This document shows, piece by piece, positions 27,601-39,205 of a stretch of 64,000 bases of DNA (position 1 is its first letter; every line of letters begins with the position of its first letter). This stretch comes from Diadema antillarum (Eukaryota). The notes below the pieces were generated by a model. The model searched no databases, was not told the origin of the DNA, and saw nothing but the letters and a program-made list of their open reading frames with translations. The stretch lies in NCBI RefSeq assembly GCF_040938485.1, contig NW_027272215.1, positions 496,001 to 560,000 on the forward strand, written 5' to 3'. Position numbers and translations under genes: made by a program.

Positions 27601-28149
27601 GATACGGAAATGAGACTTAACCAAACGAGAATTGCCGGTTAGTGTGAAACCTACTGCATGAGCCATTACACTTGAGTCACTTGGCATGTGGTGTAACAAC
27701 AAAACACCTCAGTTGTTGGACTCAAATGCTCAAATGTTCAAATCAAAGCCAAGAAGTGGAAAGCACATCAAGGAAAATATAAAAAACAGCAACAGAAAGA
27801 AAAACGGCAAGGCCAGGAGACAGGCTGAATGGCAGGAGTCCTGGCTCCAAGGGAGGGCTAACCAGAAACCTGCTCCCACCTGCTGCTGATGTGCCTCACT
27901 AACCCACCAGCAACATTCCCATTGCCTCTGCTTTGAAACTTTGAAACAATGCTAATGGATGATAAACAGAAGTTTTGTTTCATCAAGACAAATTGTTGAA
28001 GATGTGGGAATGAGTCATCAGCCCCCAACACTTCCTTAAAGTTCCATCAGGAGGATGACAATCACTTCTTTATTTAATCTACGGAACTTGCACCAATATT
28101 CCTAGATATATATCAAAGATTGCAACATTATCAATGCTCTCCACATGGG

Positions 28150-28810
28150 ATCTAATGGTGAATAAGAGAAGATATTTGAGGCTTAGCAAGGGAAGCATCC
28201 ACTGCATTTTGGAATAGTCAATATACCAAATACTTTCCAGGGATTCATGTCTGCGTCCCAACTTTGCCTAATACCCAAATGAGAAAGGAAAGAAACAATA
28301 CCAGACTTGGGCTCATGTGCAGCCATACAGCCCTCCACACAAAATCCTTCCCTAGCTTTATGGCAAGAAGCGTATACATCATTCTGGTGTATAACTCAAC
28401 TACATGTTTGGGGAAAACCTCTCTAGAGTATACTACAAGACCAGAGACGGATCTAATTACAAAGGCACTGAACTTTGAAAATTTGATGACTGCAACCCAG
28501 CTGAGTTGGATTTAAACTTGCATCACAATTCAAAGGCTTTTGAGTTCAATGGAGCCTCCAGGAAAGCAGAAGTCCCAGTCCATCTTACTGTTGCTGATCT
28601 CATATTTTTGCAGAAGCCAGAAGGCTTATCTACAACCTGACCAGGTAAGGAATGCCACAAGAACATCTTCTTCTCTTCTGGTCACAACTTTTAATAACGA
28701 ACCTCACCGAGTTACTTCAGCTGCAGAAACCTACCCCAAGAAAGGTTTTATCACAACAGTGGAGAATGATCTCACTAATAGTCAAGATCACGTGCTATAT
28801 TTCCTGCACA
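28150..28810 (+). pseudogene. Decayed HECT E3-ligase domain (G2E3-like)
   Basis: With frameshifts and stops: GE.(G)ED..GLAREASTAFWNSQYTKYFPG...VP (the HECT N-lobe GExGxDxGGxxRE motif), then LGLMCSHTALHTKSFPSFMARSV...ETDLITKAL. Confidence 0.55.
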
Positions 28811-29030
28811 GCAGTTAAAGATGCCCCCAAAAACACTTCTCCCATTTTCTGAACGTTAACTCTGTCCAGACTTGTGTGTGTAAGTACAGTGTCTTGTTAG
28901 AAGTTAGCTATATTAGTATCAATGATGTACCGTCTTCTGAAGATGATTCAGTCAATGATCCTGACTTTACACCTTCTCATAATGGGATGGACTGCAGTCC
29001 CTACCAAAGGGAAGGAGAGATTTCTACAGA

Positions 29031-29262
29031 CCAGGAAGCATAAAACAAAGAGAAAGTATGGCTATGCCTTCCTTGTCCTGACAAGGGAACTGTGGGAGAT
29101 GCTTTGCATCTACAAGCGAAGTGGCCGTCCCACTACCAATGGATATAGGGGGTCAGTCCACGAGAGCTCAGGCAGCCCCTTCTTCCTCAACAGAGGAGGT
29201 AATGGGGTGCAGAAGGTGGGACTGGAGATACTCCAGAGCACTAAAGGACTCAGTCTTGGAAT
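29031..29262 (+). pseudogene. Tyrosine recombinase (Crypton-like) exon fragment, copy upstream of the Tc1 insertion
   Basis: KHKTKRKYGYAFLVLTRELWEMLCIYKRSGRP...SPFFLNRGG..VQKVGLEILQSTKGLSLG, a paralogue of 31599-31871. Confidence 0.55.
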
Positions 29263-29477
29263 GAATTGAGAATCATATTTAATCAAAGTGAGTAGAAAAG
29301 AAAATGATGTATCGAAATCATCTTTCAAGCGTGTATAGTGGGAGAGAAGAAAATAATTGTATGAGAAAACCTTCCAATTTTCAGGCTGTGTAAAGGCAAA
29401 GCAGTGAATAGACGTGCCCTAGAGGTGCACTAGTATTCGGATTGAAAGATGTAACACTTCCAGATGAGTTTATCATA

Positions 29478-31371
29478 CACTACTCAAAAAAAGTTAAGGA
29501 CCACTTTTTAATGTGTGTATACAATTTTCAAACCGGGTGTTGTATTTCTAGAAATACCCGAATATGGCTGTCTTGAATCTCCTCAAACACCCTGTAACAA
29601 TTTCACACATGGGTGGTTTCAGTTGTTGCATGATGTCTCTCGCATTATTGCATATCCTGAAAAGTGGGCCCATTGTGAAGTGGTACAAATGTGGATTCAA
29701 ATGCATTTTCTGTCTTTAGTCTCTACAATCAACAAATTGCTGACAACAGCAATGCCAAGATACAGCTGTCCAGGATGCCATCAAACACAATGAAATCAAT
29801 TTCACACATGCAGTTCTTTCATGTCTCTTGCATCATTGCAATGTGCCCGTACAAAAGTGGCTTCCAAAGCATTTTCTGTCTTTAGTCTCTACAATCAACA
29901 ACTTGCTGACAATAGCAATGCCAAGATACAGCTGTCCAGAATGCCATCAAACACAATGACATCAATTTCACACATGCAGTTCTTTCATGATGTCTCTGGC
30001 ATCATTGCAGTGGGCCATAAGACAAGTGTCTTCCAAAGCATTTTCTGTCTTTAGTCTGTACAATCAACAACTTGCCGACAACAGCAATGCCAAGACACCA
30101 CCTAAGTGAAACAGATGTAGCCAGAGCCCTAGGGATGCTGGAAGCTGGCCTCAGTCAGCGAAGAGTAGCCAGAATGATGGGCGTGTCACACAGTGTCATT
30201 AGCAGAGCAAATCAAAGACACCGAGAGACAGGGCTATACTCCGAGAGACCCCGCAGTGGCCGACCAGTTTCGACAACCCCTAGAGATGATCGCTACTTGA
30301 CGAATCTCAGCCTCCGCAACCGCTTTCACAGTGCACGACGCCTCAACAATGACTTCGCTGCAGCAACTGGAGTGATTGTTTCCACTCAAACAATCCGTAA
30401 CCGACTTCACAGAGCCAATATGCATGCCAGACGGCCAGCTCAGTGTGTCCCACTCACCCCTGCTCACAGAAGAATTCGTCTCAACTGGGCCCGGGAGCAT
30501 GTCAGATGGACCAGACAGCAATGGCGTAGAGTTCTGTTCACAGATGAGAGCAGATTTTCCCTTGACCACAATGATGGACGTTCGAGAGTCTGGAGGCGAC
30601 CAGGGGAGAGATTTGCAGACCCCTGTATTGCAGAACATGACCGTTATGGGGGAGGCAGCGTCATGGTGTGGGGAGGCATCACCTACGCCAACCGTACTCG
30701 TCTCTACGTGGTCCCAGGGGGAGCAATGACAGGAGTGAGGTACAGGGATGAGGTCCTTGAACCTATAGTGGTGCCATTTGCAGAAAATGTGGGACAAAAC
30801 ATCATTTTCATGGATGACAATGCCCGTGCCCACCGAGCTAGGGTGGTGACCGAGTTCCTTGAGGGCCAGGGGATTGAGCGTATGGAGTGGCCAGCGAGGT
30901 CCCCGGACTTAAACCCGATAGAGCACGTCTGGGACATGATGGGGAGGAGTCTCGAGCAGCTCGAAGCCCATCCACTTGGACTGCAGCAGCTGGGTGTTGC
31001 TCTGGAGGCTGCATGGGATGCACTGGATGTCAGAGACATCAATCGCCTCATCAGCTCCATGAGACAGCGCTGTGAAGCCGTTATTGCTGCAGGAGGTGGT
31101 CACACTCGTTACTGAACTGCCTGAAAGACACTCAGACATTCGTTTTTACCACTTCATGTCGGTAGCTGATACCCCTCGGGGCCCACTTTTCAGGATGTGC
31201 AGTGATGCGAGAGACATTGTGCAACAACTGAAACCACCCATGCGTGAAATTGATTACAGCGTGTTTAAGGACATTTAGGACAGTTGTACTGAGGTATTTC
31301 CAGAAATAAAACACCTTGTATAAAATTTTTATGTACGTTAAAAAGTGGTCCTTAACTTTTTTTGAGTAGTG
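29478..31371 (+). mobile_element. Full-length Tc1-like transposon with long (~190 bp) imperfect IRs
   Basis: TA|cactactcaaaaaaagttaaggaccactttttaa ... ttaaaaagtggtccttaacttttttgagtagtg|TA. IR similarity extends inward to cctgaaaagtgggccc. Confidence 0.97.
30087..31115 (+). CDS. Tc1 DD34E transposase, intact (342 aa)
   Basis: Paired-like HTH with GRP motif (RPRSGRP), FTDES, MDDNARAH and SPDLNPIE. 34 residues were counted between the second Asp and the Glu. Confidence 0.97.
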   Translation: MPRHHLSETDVARALGMLEAGLSQRRVARMMGVSHSVISRANQRHRETGLYSERPRSGRPVSTTPRDDRYLTNLSLRNRFHSARRLNNDFAAATGVIVSTQTIRNRLHRANMHARRPAQCVPLTPAHRRIRLNWAREHVRWTRQQWRRVLFTDESRFSLDHNDGRSRVWRRPGERFADPCIAEHDRYGGGSVMVWGGITYANRTRLYVVPGGAMTGVRYRDEVLEPIVVPFAENVGQNIIFMDDNARAHRARVVTEFLEGQGIERMEWPARSPDLNPIEHVWDMMGRSLEQLEAHPLGLQQLGVALEAAWDALDVRDINRLISSMRQRCEAVIAAGGGHTRY

Positions 31372-31598
31372 TATATGCTTCTCAGGTGGGACCCTCAATG
31401 GGCTGGTGTGTTTAATGCGTTAACTAACCCTCGACTAGGGCAAGGAATAACTATAAGGCCAATAAATCTTCCTTCGCCCCCGTTTCTGGTCACCTCACCC
31501 ATATATGAAGGGGCTTGAAGGGTTAGGTTTATTGAGATTTGCCTCATAAAAAAGGTCATTATTCATGTATTCTACATGTATTTATATTGTCATTTCAG

Positions 31599-31871
31599 GT
31601 GCAGAAGCATAAAACGAAGCGGAAGTACAGTTATGCCTCCCTTGTCCAGACAAGGGAGTTGTGGGAGATGCTCTGCATCTGCAGGAGTGGCCGCCCCACG
31701 ACTAGTGGATATAGGGGGTCAATTCACGAGGCCCTAGGCAGCCCCTTCTTCCTCACTCGAGGAAGAAGCGGGGTGCAGAAGGTGGGGCAAGAGATACTTC
31801 GAAGCGCGGGAGGTCTTAGTCTGGGAAAGAAATGCCTGCCGACTAATGTCAGAAAGACAGCTGTGACCAAT
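31599..31871 (+). pseudogene. Intron-bounded tyrosine recombinase catalytic-domain exon (Crypton-like)
   Basis: catttcag acceptor and gtaagt donor around 91 open codons: VQKHKT...PFFLTRG...LPTNVRKTAVTN. HKT corresponds to the catalytic Lys hairpin and TNVRK to the H-x-x-R box. Confidence 0.6.
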
Positions 31872-32460
31872 GTAAGTAATTCAAAGCACTGGAAAGCTCC
31901 TTGAGTAAACTAGTATCCCTTTTACGGTGAATGTAGAGGGTCAAACCATGACAGCCCAGGTAGCCCCTTCTTTCTTACCAGAGGAGGTAATGGGGTGCAG
32001 AAGGTGGGACAGGATATTCTGCGCAGCACTTGAGGACTTGGTCTTGGCAAGAAATGCCTGCCAACTAATGTCAGGAAGACAGTTGTGACCAATGTAAGTA
32101 ATTCAACCCACTGGAAAGCTCCTCAAGTAACTTGTACCCCTTTACCAGTGAATACAGAGGGTCAAACCACGAGAGCTCAAGTAGCCTTTTCTTCCTCACC
32201 AGAGGAGGTAATGGGGTGCAGAAAGTGGGGCAGGATATTCTGCTCAGCACTGGAGGACTTAGTCTTGGCAAGAAATGCCTGCCGACTAATGTCAGGAAGA
32301 CAGTTGCCACCAATGTAAGTAATTCAACCCACTGGAAAGCTCCTTGAGTAACTTGTATCCCTTTACCAGTAAATATAGAGGGTAAAACCATGAGAGCCCA
32401 GGCAGTCCCTTCTTCCTCACCAGAGGAGGTAATGGGGTGCAGGAAGTGGGGCAGGAGATT
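31670..32460 (+). repeat. ~221-bp tandem repeats of the 3' half of the YR exon plus its splice donor
   Basis: ggaaagctcc occurs at 31891, 32113 and 32334. Each complete unit contains ...aggaagacag..accaat|gtaagtaattc. Confidence 0.9.
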
Positions 32461-32640
32461 TAAGAATGCTACCCTTCCCTCTGCACTTTTGCCTTTTACG
32501 CTATTAAATTTTTTCTTTGTTATGTGCAGTTATATTAAGGATAATTCTAATTCCTTTTTTGTCAAAGAACTTCTTGAGAGGTTTACTAATGAGGTGTCAA
32601 TAGTTGTGGAAAGAGCAATGAAAAGATCAATTGGGCAGAG

Positions 32641-33215
32641 GACTTTAAAGATAACACTGACAAATTGCACTTTTTCCAAGTGTGCGTGTTAATGTGAAGG
32701 AACGACGCATGTCTCACTGCATGGATGAGATAGATCTGTCAATGAAAGTTGCCAAGAAGGCCAGCCTGTACGAATGCATGTTTGTGTTAAGGATTTGAGC
32801 TTCTAGGGTTTGTGTTTAGGATTTCTCCTAACATTTTACGGTCCATAACCTTAAACATGGCCTTTTGTCCGATAACTTGGTCGCTCCCACAGACGCCAAC
32901 CCATACAATCCATTTTTCTCTGTTCAAATTCAACCCAGTGGCAAACCATGTCTTGAATATGAAGAGAGTAAAATGGATAATGGTTTCGCCATAATGGGAA
33001 CGAAAAATATTGACAACGTGGCCACGTTGATGATTATGAACCATAAAATGTTAGAAGAAACCGTAAAACACGAATCTGCAGTCATGCAGGCTGGCCTGAT
33101 GATTTGACCACTTTCATTGACAGATCTCATCCATGTAGTCAGACATGCATTGTTCCTTCACATTAACACGCACACTTGGTAAAAGTGTAATTTGTCAATT
33201 TTGTCTTTAAAGTCC
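32641..33215. repeat. Imperfect inverted duplication (~200-bp arms, ~185-bp spacer)
   Basis: gactttaaaga...ccaagtgtgcgtgttaatgtgaaggaac...gatctgtcaatgaaagt...ggccagcctg is mirrored at 33085-33215. ttctcctaacattttacgg is mirrored at 33036-33060. Confidence 0.85.
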
Positions 33216-33805
33216 ATGTGCTCAGTCATGCATGACAATTGTAAACATAATTAGGTATCAATGGAAAGAGGAAGAGTTCCCCTTTCCTTAAAACCAACAT
33301 TGTGCTCTTCATAGCTGACAATTAAGAAATGATAGCCAACCACAGTTGGATTACCTTTTTTTTTGTTACACTCTGTACAGGTTGAATAATAGATTGACAC
33401 ACACCACTTTGATATATATTATGTTGACGAAATTACTTTTGACAGTTTTCTCTTTATCGGCAGATAGGTAATCCGGCGGATTAAATCTTATGTTATGTAA
33501 GCATTTTTTATGAAGCTCCATGGGTGAGGGCAGTATGGATACCCGACGTCATGAAATTACTTGATATGTGTACATTAAACTAAATCATTCTCCGACTAAT
33601 GCTGGGTGTCCCTATGAAGGTTGGTCCCTATAACAAGACCATTGTTGAATTCATGGAATATGACAAAAAAAAACACACACTCACAAAGCAATTAGCCCTG
33701 AATATGAAGAGAAGAAGTAAAACAAAAGAGTTCAGCACAGAACAGAAGTTCACAAAGCTGTGAGAGTTCGGTCAGGGAAGGACCTGACGTGAACTTCGAG
33801 CAAAC

Positions 33806-34126
33806 ATGAAGAAGTTTTCTATGGTGGAATGGGCTACGTCAGGTGCAGCAGCGAAGAAGAAGAAGACAACATCAGAAATTACCTCCGATGTCGACCACGC
33901 AGTGTCCCAAGATGCCGATGCCCCTGCCCCCGTCAACGCTGCTCCCGTGGAAGAAGAGTCATGTGATCCTGATCCTGATAGTCCGAACCTGACGTTGCCC
34001 CTCCCCTTTCTGATCTCGACATCGATCAGGAGAGAGGGAGAACCGGTACCAATCAAAGACATGGCAGCCACTTTGATAAGGCTTGGTCTCTGCGGAGACT
34101 GTGACTTAAGGAAATGGTTGGAAAAG
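33806..34126 (+). CDS. Probable first coding exon of an unidentified gene (acidic/Pro-rich linker)
   Basis: An ATG-initiated run of 107 GC-richer codons ends at a phase-0 donor aag|gtacgt. No domain recognised. Confidence 0.4.
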
Positions 34127-34513
34127 GTACGTCTTGTGCTTCCTCTTTGTATGCCCACCGCTATAATAGCGCTAAGAATGTTCCACTGTGGATATTTTAC
34201 TAATTTAAGGAGTACATTATTTCGTTGTATGATAGGCGATGTCATTTAGTAAATAACAAGTGGAAGCGCCTCCCTTTGATATATTCCTTATTCCATTTTC
34301 AATATCAAACTTTCACAAGGATTCGTATAAATTTGAGATAGAGTACTGTGCTGTAAGCATGACCTGCATTGGAGAATACTGTAGAGCATAAGCTTCTCTT
34401 CAACATCAGAAATACTGTGGCTGACAGGGGCCCTACATCCAAATCATGGGTAGAACCAAACTAGATCTGTTTGCATTTCATGGATGCTTTCGTGTTTCTG
34501 TTGTAATGTATAG

Positions 34514-35667
34514 GACATCTAGGACGGGATAGGACAAGGGCAATGATCAGAAAGCGCTTCTACTGGCCATGTCTCTCGAAGGATGTTGCAGAATACGTGA
34601 AGGGCTGCATCTCATGCCAGAAGACAGCTCCTTCTCTCAAGAAGGTGCAACCTCTGCATCCCATTCCAGTGACTGGTGTATGGGATCAGGTAAATGATGA
34701 GAGAGTATATATCTCTTTGAAATATTCATATTTGATGAGAGCTGAATATACACTCTGGATTATGTATCTTGAAATAGCAAGGAGCACATTCAGAACAAAA
34801 AAAAATGTCTTCATACCTACTGTGATTAGTTTTTTTTTTTTTTTTTGCTTTAAAGATTACATCTTTATAATAAGATATGAATAATGTTATAGGGACTGTA
34901 CTCATTTGTACTTCAATAATCATATCTGTTTATAGGTAGAAAAATGCTACACTTTTACTTCAGTTTTTTGTGATGTAGATCTATAGATGTAATTTCATAT
35001 TCACTGTTTTTTCCTTTTTCTTGCTTTAAATGTGTCATGATTAAACAAAATTGAGAGGTACAACCTGAACAATATCCAACTAATTTCTTACTACACTGTA
35101 AATGGTGCACATGTAGCAATCTGCATGTTTTACCCTCTACTATGTCTCCATGAATTTGCCCCTGCTTTGAAGCATAATAACATTACATGTAGTTCACTTC
35201 ATACTTTAAAGTGAATGTAATAAAAGCTTACGTTGACTTGTGATGTCATGATGTCAGGTCAATCAGAAATACAGGTTGACATGTAATGATGCTGGATTTC
35301 AAGGAGTTGAAAGTAAAGAGGGAGGTGAGATCACCTCCTTTGTAACACAGAATTCATGAGACTTACATTTAAAAATGGCATATTTTACACGACAATCCAG
35401 ATTTATGCTTGTAATTAATGAACGTTGCCCTCCTTGCCTTTGGAAAATGTCATTTAGTCCAGTCAGTAAGGATTTGTTAATGTTACTTTTCCACACTCAA
35501 TGCCAATAGATTGGAGTGGACCAAATTGGTCCCTCAAAGGAGACCAAAGGTGGTAAAAAGTACATAGTGACCCTCACAGATTACTTCTCAAAGTGGGCAG
35601 AGACAGCAGCAATCCCCAATAAGGAAGCCAAGACTATGACTGTGTTTCTGCATGAAGTAATGCCGAG
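34514..35667 (+). pseudogene. Spliced Gypsy-type (Ginger/GIN-like) integrase, two exons: 34514-34689 and 35510-35667
   Basis: GHLGRDRTRAMIRKRFYWPCLSKDVAEYVKGCISCQK...PLHPIPV..VWDQ|IGVDQIGP...KYIVTLTDYFSKWAE, i.e. the H2C2 zinc domain plus the start of the rve core. AG/GT sites are canonical and in phase. The rest of the core was not found. Confidence 0.88.
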
Positions 35668-37372
35668 GTAAACCAGTGATTTTCTTTATTTTTTGTTCTT
35701 GTTTTTTAGGAAAAAGTTAGAACTATTCTGTAATCAATATGGCTCTCATTATGTCAAGTTACATTCACTGTAGATATAAAGAACAAATTAATTCTGAATT
35801 GAAGTTTCCCAGGGGTTGCATTGACAGGTTGGAGTGTTTGAGCTGTATCCAATGATGGTTGGATTTACCTCGTCTGAGCAGAATGCTAGCAGTAAGCTAT
35901 ATCGATCATTTATGAAATAATTATAAGATAATGTAAAACTTTTTAAAGGCATTAATAATTTAGCATTATGTGTTTTATCTTACCTATTTTTGTGTGTCTA
36001 ATCAGTAACAATGTTGGGAGCTCTCTTGCATCACAGTGCAGATTATATTTGTAGCTTCACTATACAAACTGGTCTAATTATTTTTATCAATATTCATCAG
36101 CCAGACATGGTAATGTATTGTGATATTAACATGTACTTTGCACAAATTGCAGTAGACAGAGGAATAAAATCCTCGTACGCAACGCTCCACCGATCAGACC
36201 AAGTTGGGTGAGTATGCCAAGTGCAACGTCATGCATACATCAGGATTTTTTTCAATGTGCTGTACAGTGTCAATAAACAAACGAGGTGTATTAATCATAT
36301 TGCCAAACATTTACTTTTCAATTGCTCAACTGTCAGTTTCCATTTGATCCTGACATGTTTGTAATGTTTACTATATTTTTTAAACAGAAAATATTTCTTT
36401 GTTAAATATCAACTTTTCCCTTGAAGGCTGTGTTCTGTTCCATGTGAACAGAAAGAAAAAAGTCTTTTGTTAAATCTAAGAATTACATTGTAAGTGTTGT
36501 AGCAAATCTCTATTCAATATGTGACCGTGCACCTCAAAACGAACATAAAGTCGCACACACTGATTTAGCGTTAGGACTGAAAAAAAGTGAAATGGGTCAA
36601 CCTAGCCGAACTTGACTTTTTCATATTTTCTGAAAGAGCGGGTCTTCTTTTACATTATACTAAAATTTGGTATCATAAAACGGGCAGGAAAGTGTGTTTT
36701 TTTAGCAGTTTATCTCGACCATTTTTGGTAGAATAGTGTGATTAGGTGTGTCTTTAGAATCCCTTTTTCATTTCTGAAAAACCTTGTCCACACTCTTCAC
36801 TTTCAACTCTAATAACTTTTGAAAGGATATTGCTACTGCTTTGAAAGTTAGTATTAATTATGGACAGAATGTGTTAATGAGGCATGCCTAATTTCAGTTT
36901 AATCTAATAATTCCTTCATTGTTGTTACTCTGGTGGTTTACTTCCTGTTTTTTGTCCCATTCATCGCACAGCCAGCATGGTTTGGTAAAGATTAAACGCT
37001 TGAATAGACACTGTACTTCAGAGCGTCTTTTCTCAGTTCACACTTTTCCTGAGTTTGTGCTTTCTTTCCAATATTTAGATAGGTTAGGAGAGTCCATTTG
37101 ATTTGAGTTATACATCATTTTAAAGCTTAAAGTCTGCTCTTTCAGAATATGGCCTTAACTAAAAATTCATGTCTGTCGACTTTTTGTTTGTTTTGAGGTG
37201 CAGGGTCACATATGATTTACCCATCATATTACATGTACACATGTGTATATTGCTCTTTGTGAACAGGAATCTCTTCAAGGCTGCAGAATGGAGAGTTAGA
37301 CTGCCACCCAAACTCCTAACAAAACTGGAGAAACTACACTTAAGGCCGTTAGTAGTTTCTATTTATCGAGGA

Positions 37373-37806
37373 GCTCGATGATAGCATCAAGGAAGGATTT
37401 CTGAAAACAGGTCTGGACCCAGATGATCCCACCATAATCTTCCACACCACAATAAGGGACGATGTTGATGGAATGGAAGAGGTATCCATCCACAAATTCA
37501 GGCCCGACACCCTTTTACCAGACACAGCTTTTAGGGCATCCTTTATCATCCTGGAGTGCAAGGTAAAGTTTGGTAATGGTACAACAGCAGTTGTATTTGA
37601 CGAAGACAAACGGACCTCAGTTAAGGCAAACAGACCGCTGCTGGAGGCTCTCGGTGATGAGAACTCACCATCGACTCCTTCTCTTCTCTTGCGTCAGATA
37701 GAGGAAGTTACTCCATCACCACACCATGAAAGTATATGCCGGCAGCACTACCAGAATCCACCACATCACCAGATATAACATAATGATAGATGAGAAGCTA
37801 GACAGA
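37373..37806 (+). pseudogene. Putative OB-fold-like module, copy 1
   Basis: Frameshifted ELDDSIKEGFLKTGLDPDDPT...LLEALGDENSP, homologous to 39405-40010. The fold call rests only on the linked 40041-40232 motif. Confidence 0.35.
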
Positions 37807-37811
37807 TGGGG

Positions 37812-37846
<35 letters not shown>

Positions 37847-38189
37847 ACAAGGGAGTGGCTCAAATTACATCTGCACTCTTTGCTTTTGATAACGTCCCTT
37901 TAGTTAAGTTATATTACAGCCTCGTACCTCGTAGTGCGCTCAAACAAGTGGCGCGAAAAAATAAAATGAATTACATGTTAATTTCTTATTTTTCTTCAAA
38001 GTTTATAAATTAACATATAGGCCTAGAGAGTGGTACACAAGTACACAGTGTTGTATATCAGACATGGCTATTTGACACTTTTAAAACTTTTTAAAAATGT
38101 ATCCCGACGGGTGTGTTTTTATTACTTTTTTGTTTTCTGTTCTTTTCAAAACTTCAATCCCACTTTTTATGGCCACAGGTATTTTTTAG

Positions 38190-38980
38190 GTTCTCCTGGC
38201 AAACATCAAAGTAGGAAATGCTATGTACACCCTGATAAAGGCATCGGCAAGCCGGATGGAGGCCTACAAAGCAGCGATTGTAGCCAACCCACAAATCCAA
38301 ATACCCATCCTTTCTGTAATGAACATTGATGAGGACTGGCACCTAGAGAGAGCAGAGTTCTCCACATACATGCTCCTAGCTGGCTGTAATCTTCTAGCAG
38401 CGCTCCTCGACTTGAATGGAGACAAGAAGTAAGTGATAAAAATCAAATATTATTGTCATCGTTTTTATTGCCATGTTGGCTGGAAACCCTACATTGGTCA
38501 ATTGTTAATGTAAGGGGGAAAAAGGAAAAAAAAGTTACTTACTACTAACACAGGAAGGCATTCGAAGATAAATCCTACCAGGTACTCAGCTAGCACCTGA
38601 GTTGAGATTGGAAAAGCAGATTAAAATCTTCCTAAAGAACCCTAGTGCAGGGCTAAAATTTATACTCGCAACGTACCTTTTGACTCCATGTCAGGTGAAT
38701 GAACCACTACACCATAACACCTTCAAATATTATAGATAGAGTTATAGATAGTATGTCTCTTCAAGGTTTGAGAGAGGAAGAGAGGTACTCACTCCTTACA
38801 AAGGCAGTGAATGGGGAAGTCGAGCTCCATCAGCTGAAGACAGCAGCAAAGCGGCTGAAGGGGCTACAAGCAGTTCGCACCGAGTTCCAGCTACTAGCAA
38901 AGAAGAAATCGTGGGAGGAATGTTACATGGAGTACCCTGAGTACACCAGTGATGCAGATCTAGAGCAGTTCATACAAAAA
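38190..38980 (+). pseudogene. Two exons (38190-38428 and ~38750-38980) of a ParB/Srx-like-domain protein of the kind linked to Ginger-type elements
   Basis: AG/GT-bounded. MEAYKAAIVANPQIQIPILSV...TYMLLAGCNLLAALLDL resembles a degenerate I.GGNHR..A.EL motif, followed by LQGL.EEERYSLL...ELHQLK..AKRLK...F......SWEEC..EYP. Recalled similarity only. Confidence 0.4.
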
Positions 38981-39205
38981 GTATAAAAATCATACCCGAT
39001 AATTTTGTTGGTGATATTCATGAAATTGTAATCACGCAGTGGCGTGGTGTCCAAGACCTAAAATGTAGGATTGGTAGGAAACATGGTCCCTCTATCCAAC
39101 AGACAGAGTGGCTGTAGGCGAGGTCACTATATAAACCCTACGGTATACCAAACTAGATCTGTTTGCGTTTCATGGATGTTTTTGTGTTTCTGTTGTAATG
39201 TGTAG

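Noticed and set aside
30234-31139. Antisense and alternate-frame ORFs (199 aa and others)
   Set aside because: These are shadows of the GC-balanced Tc1 transposase ORF.
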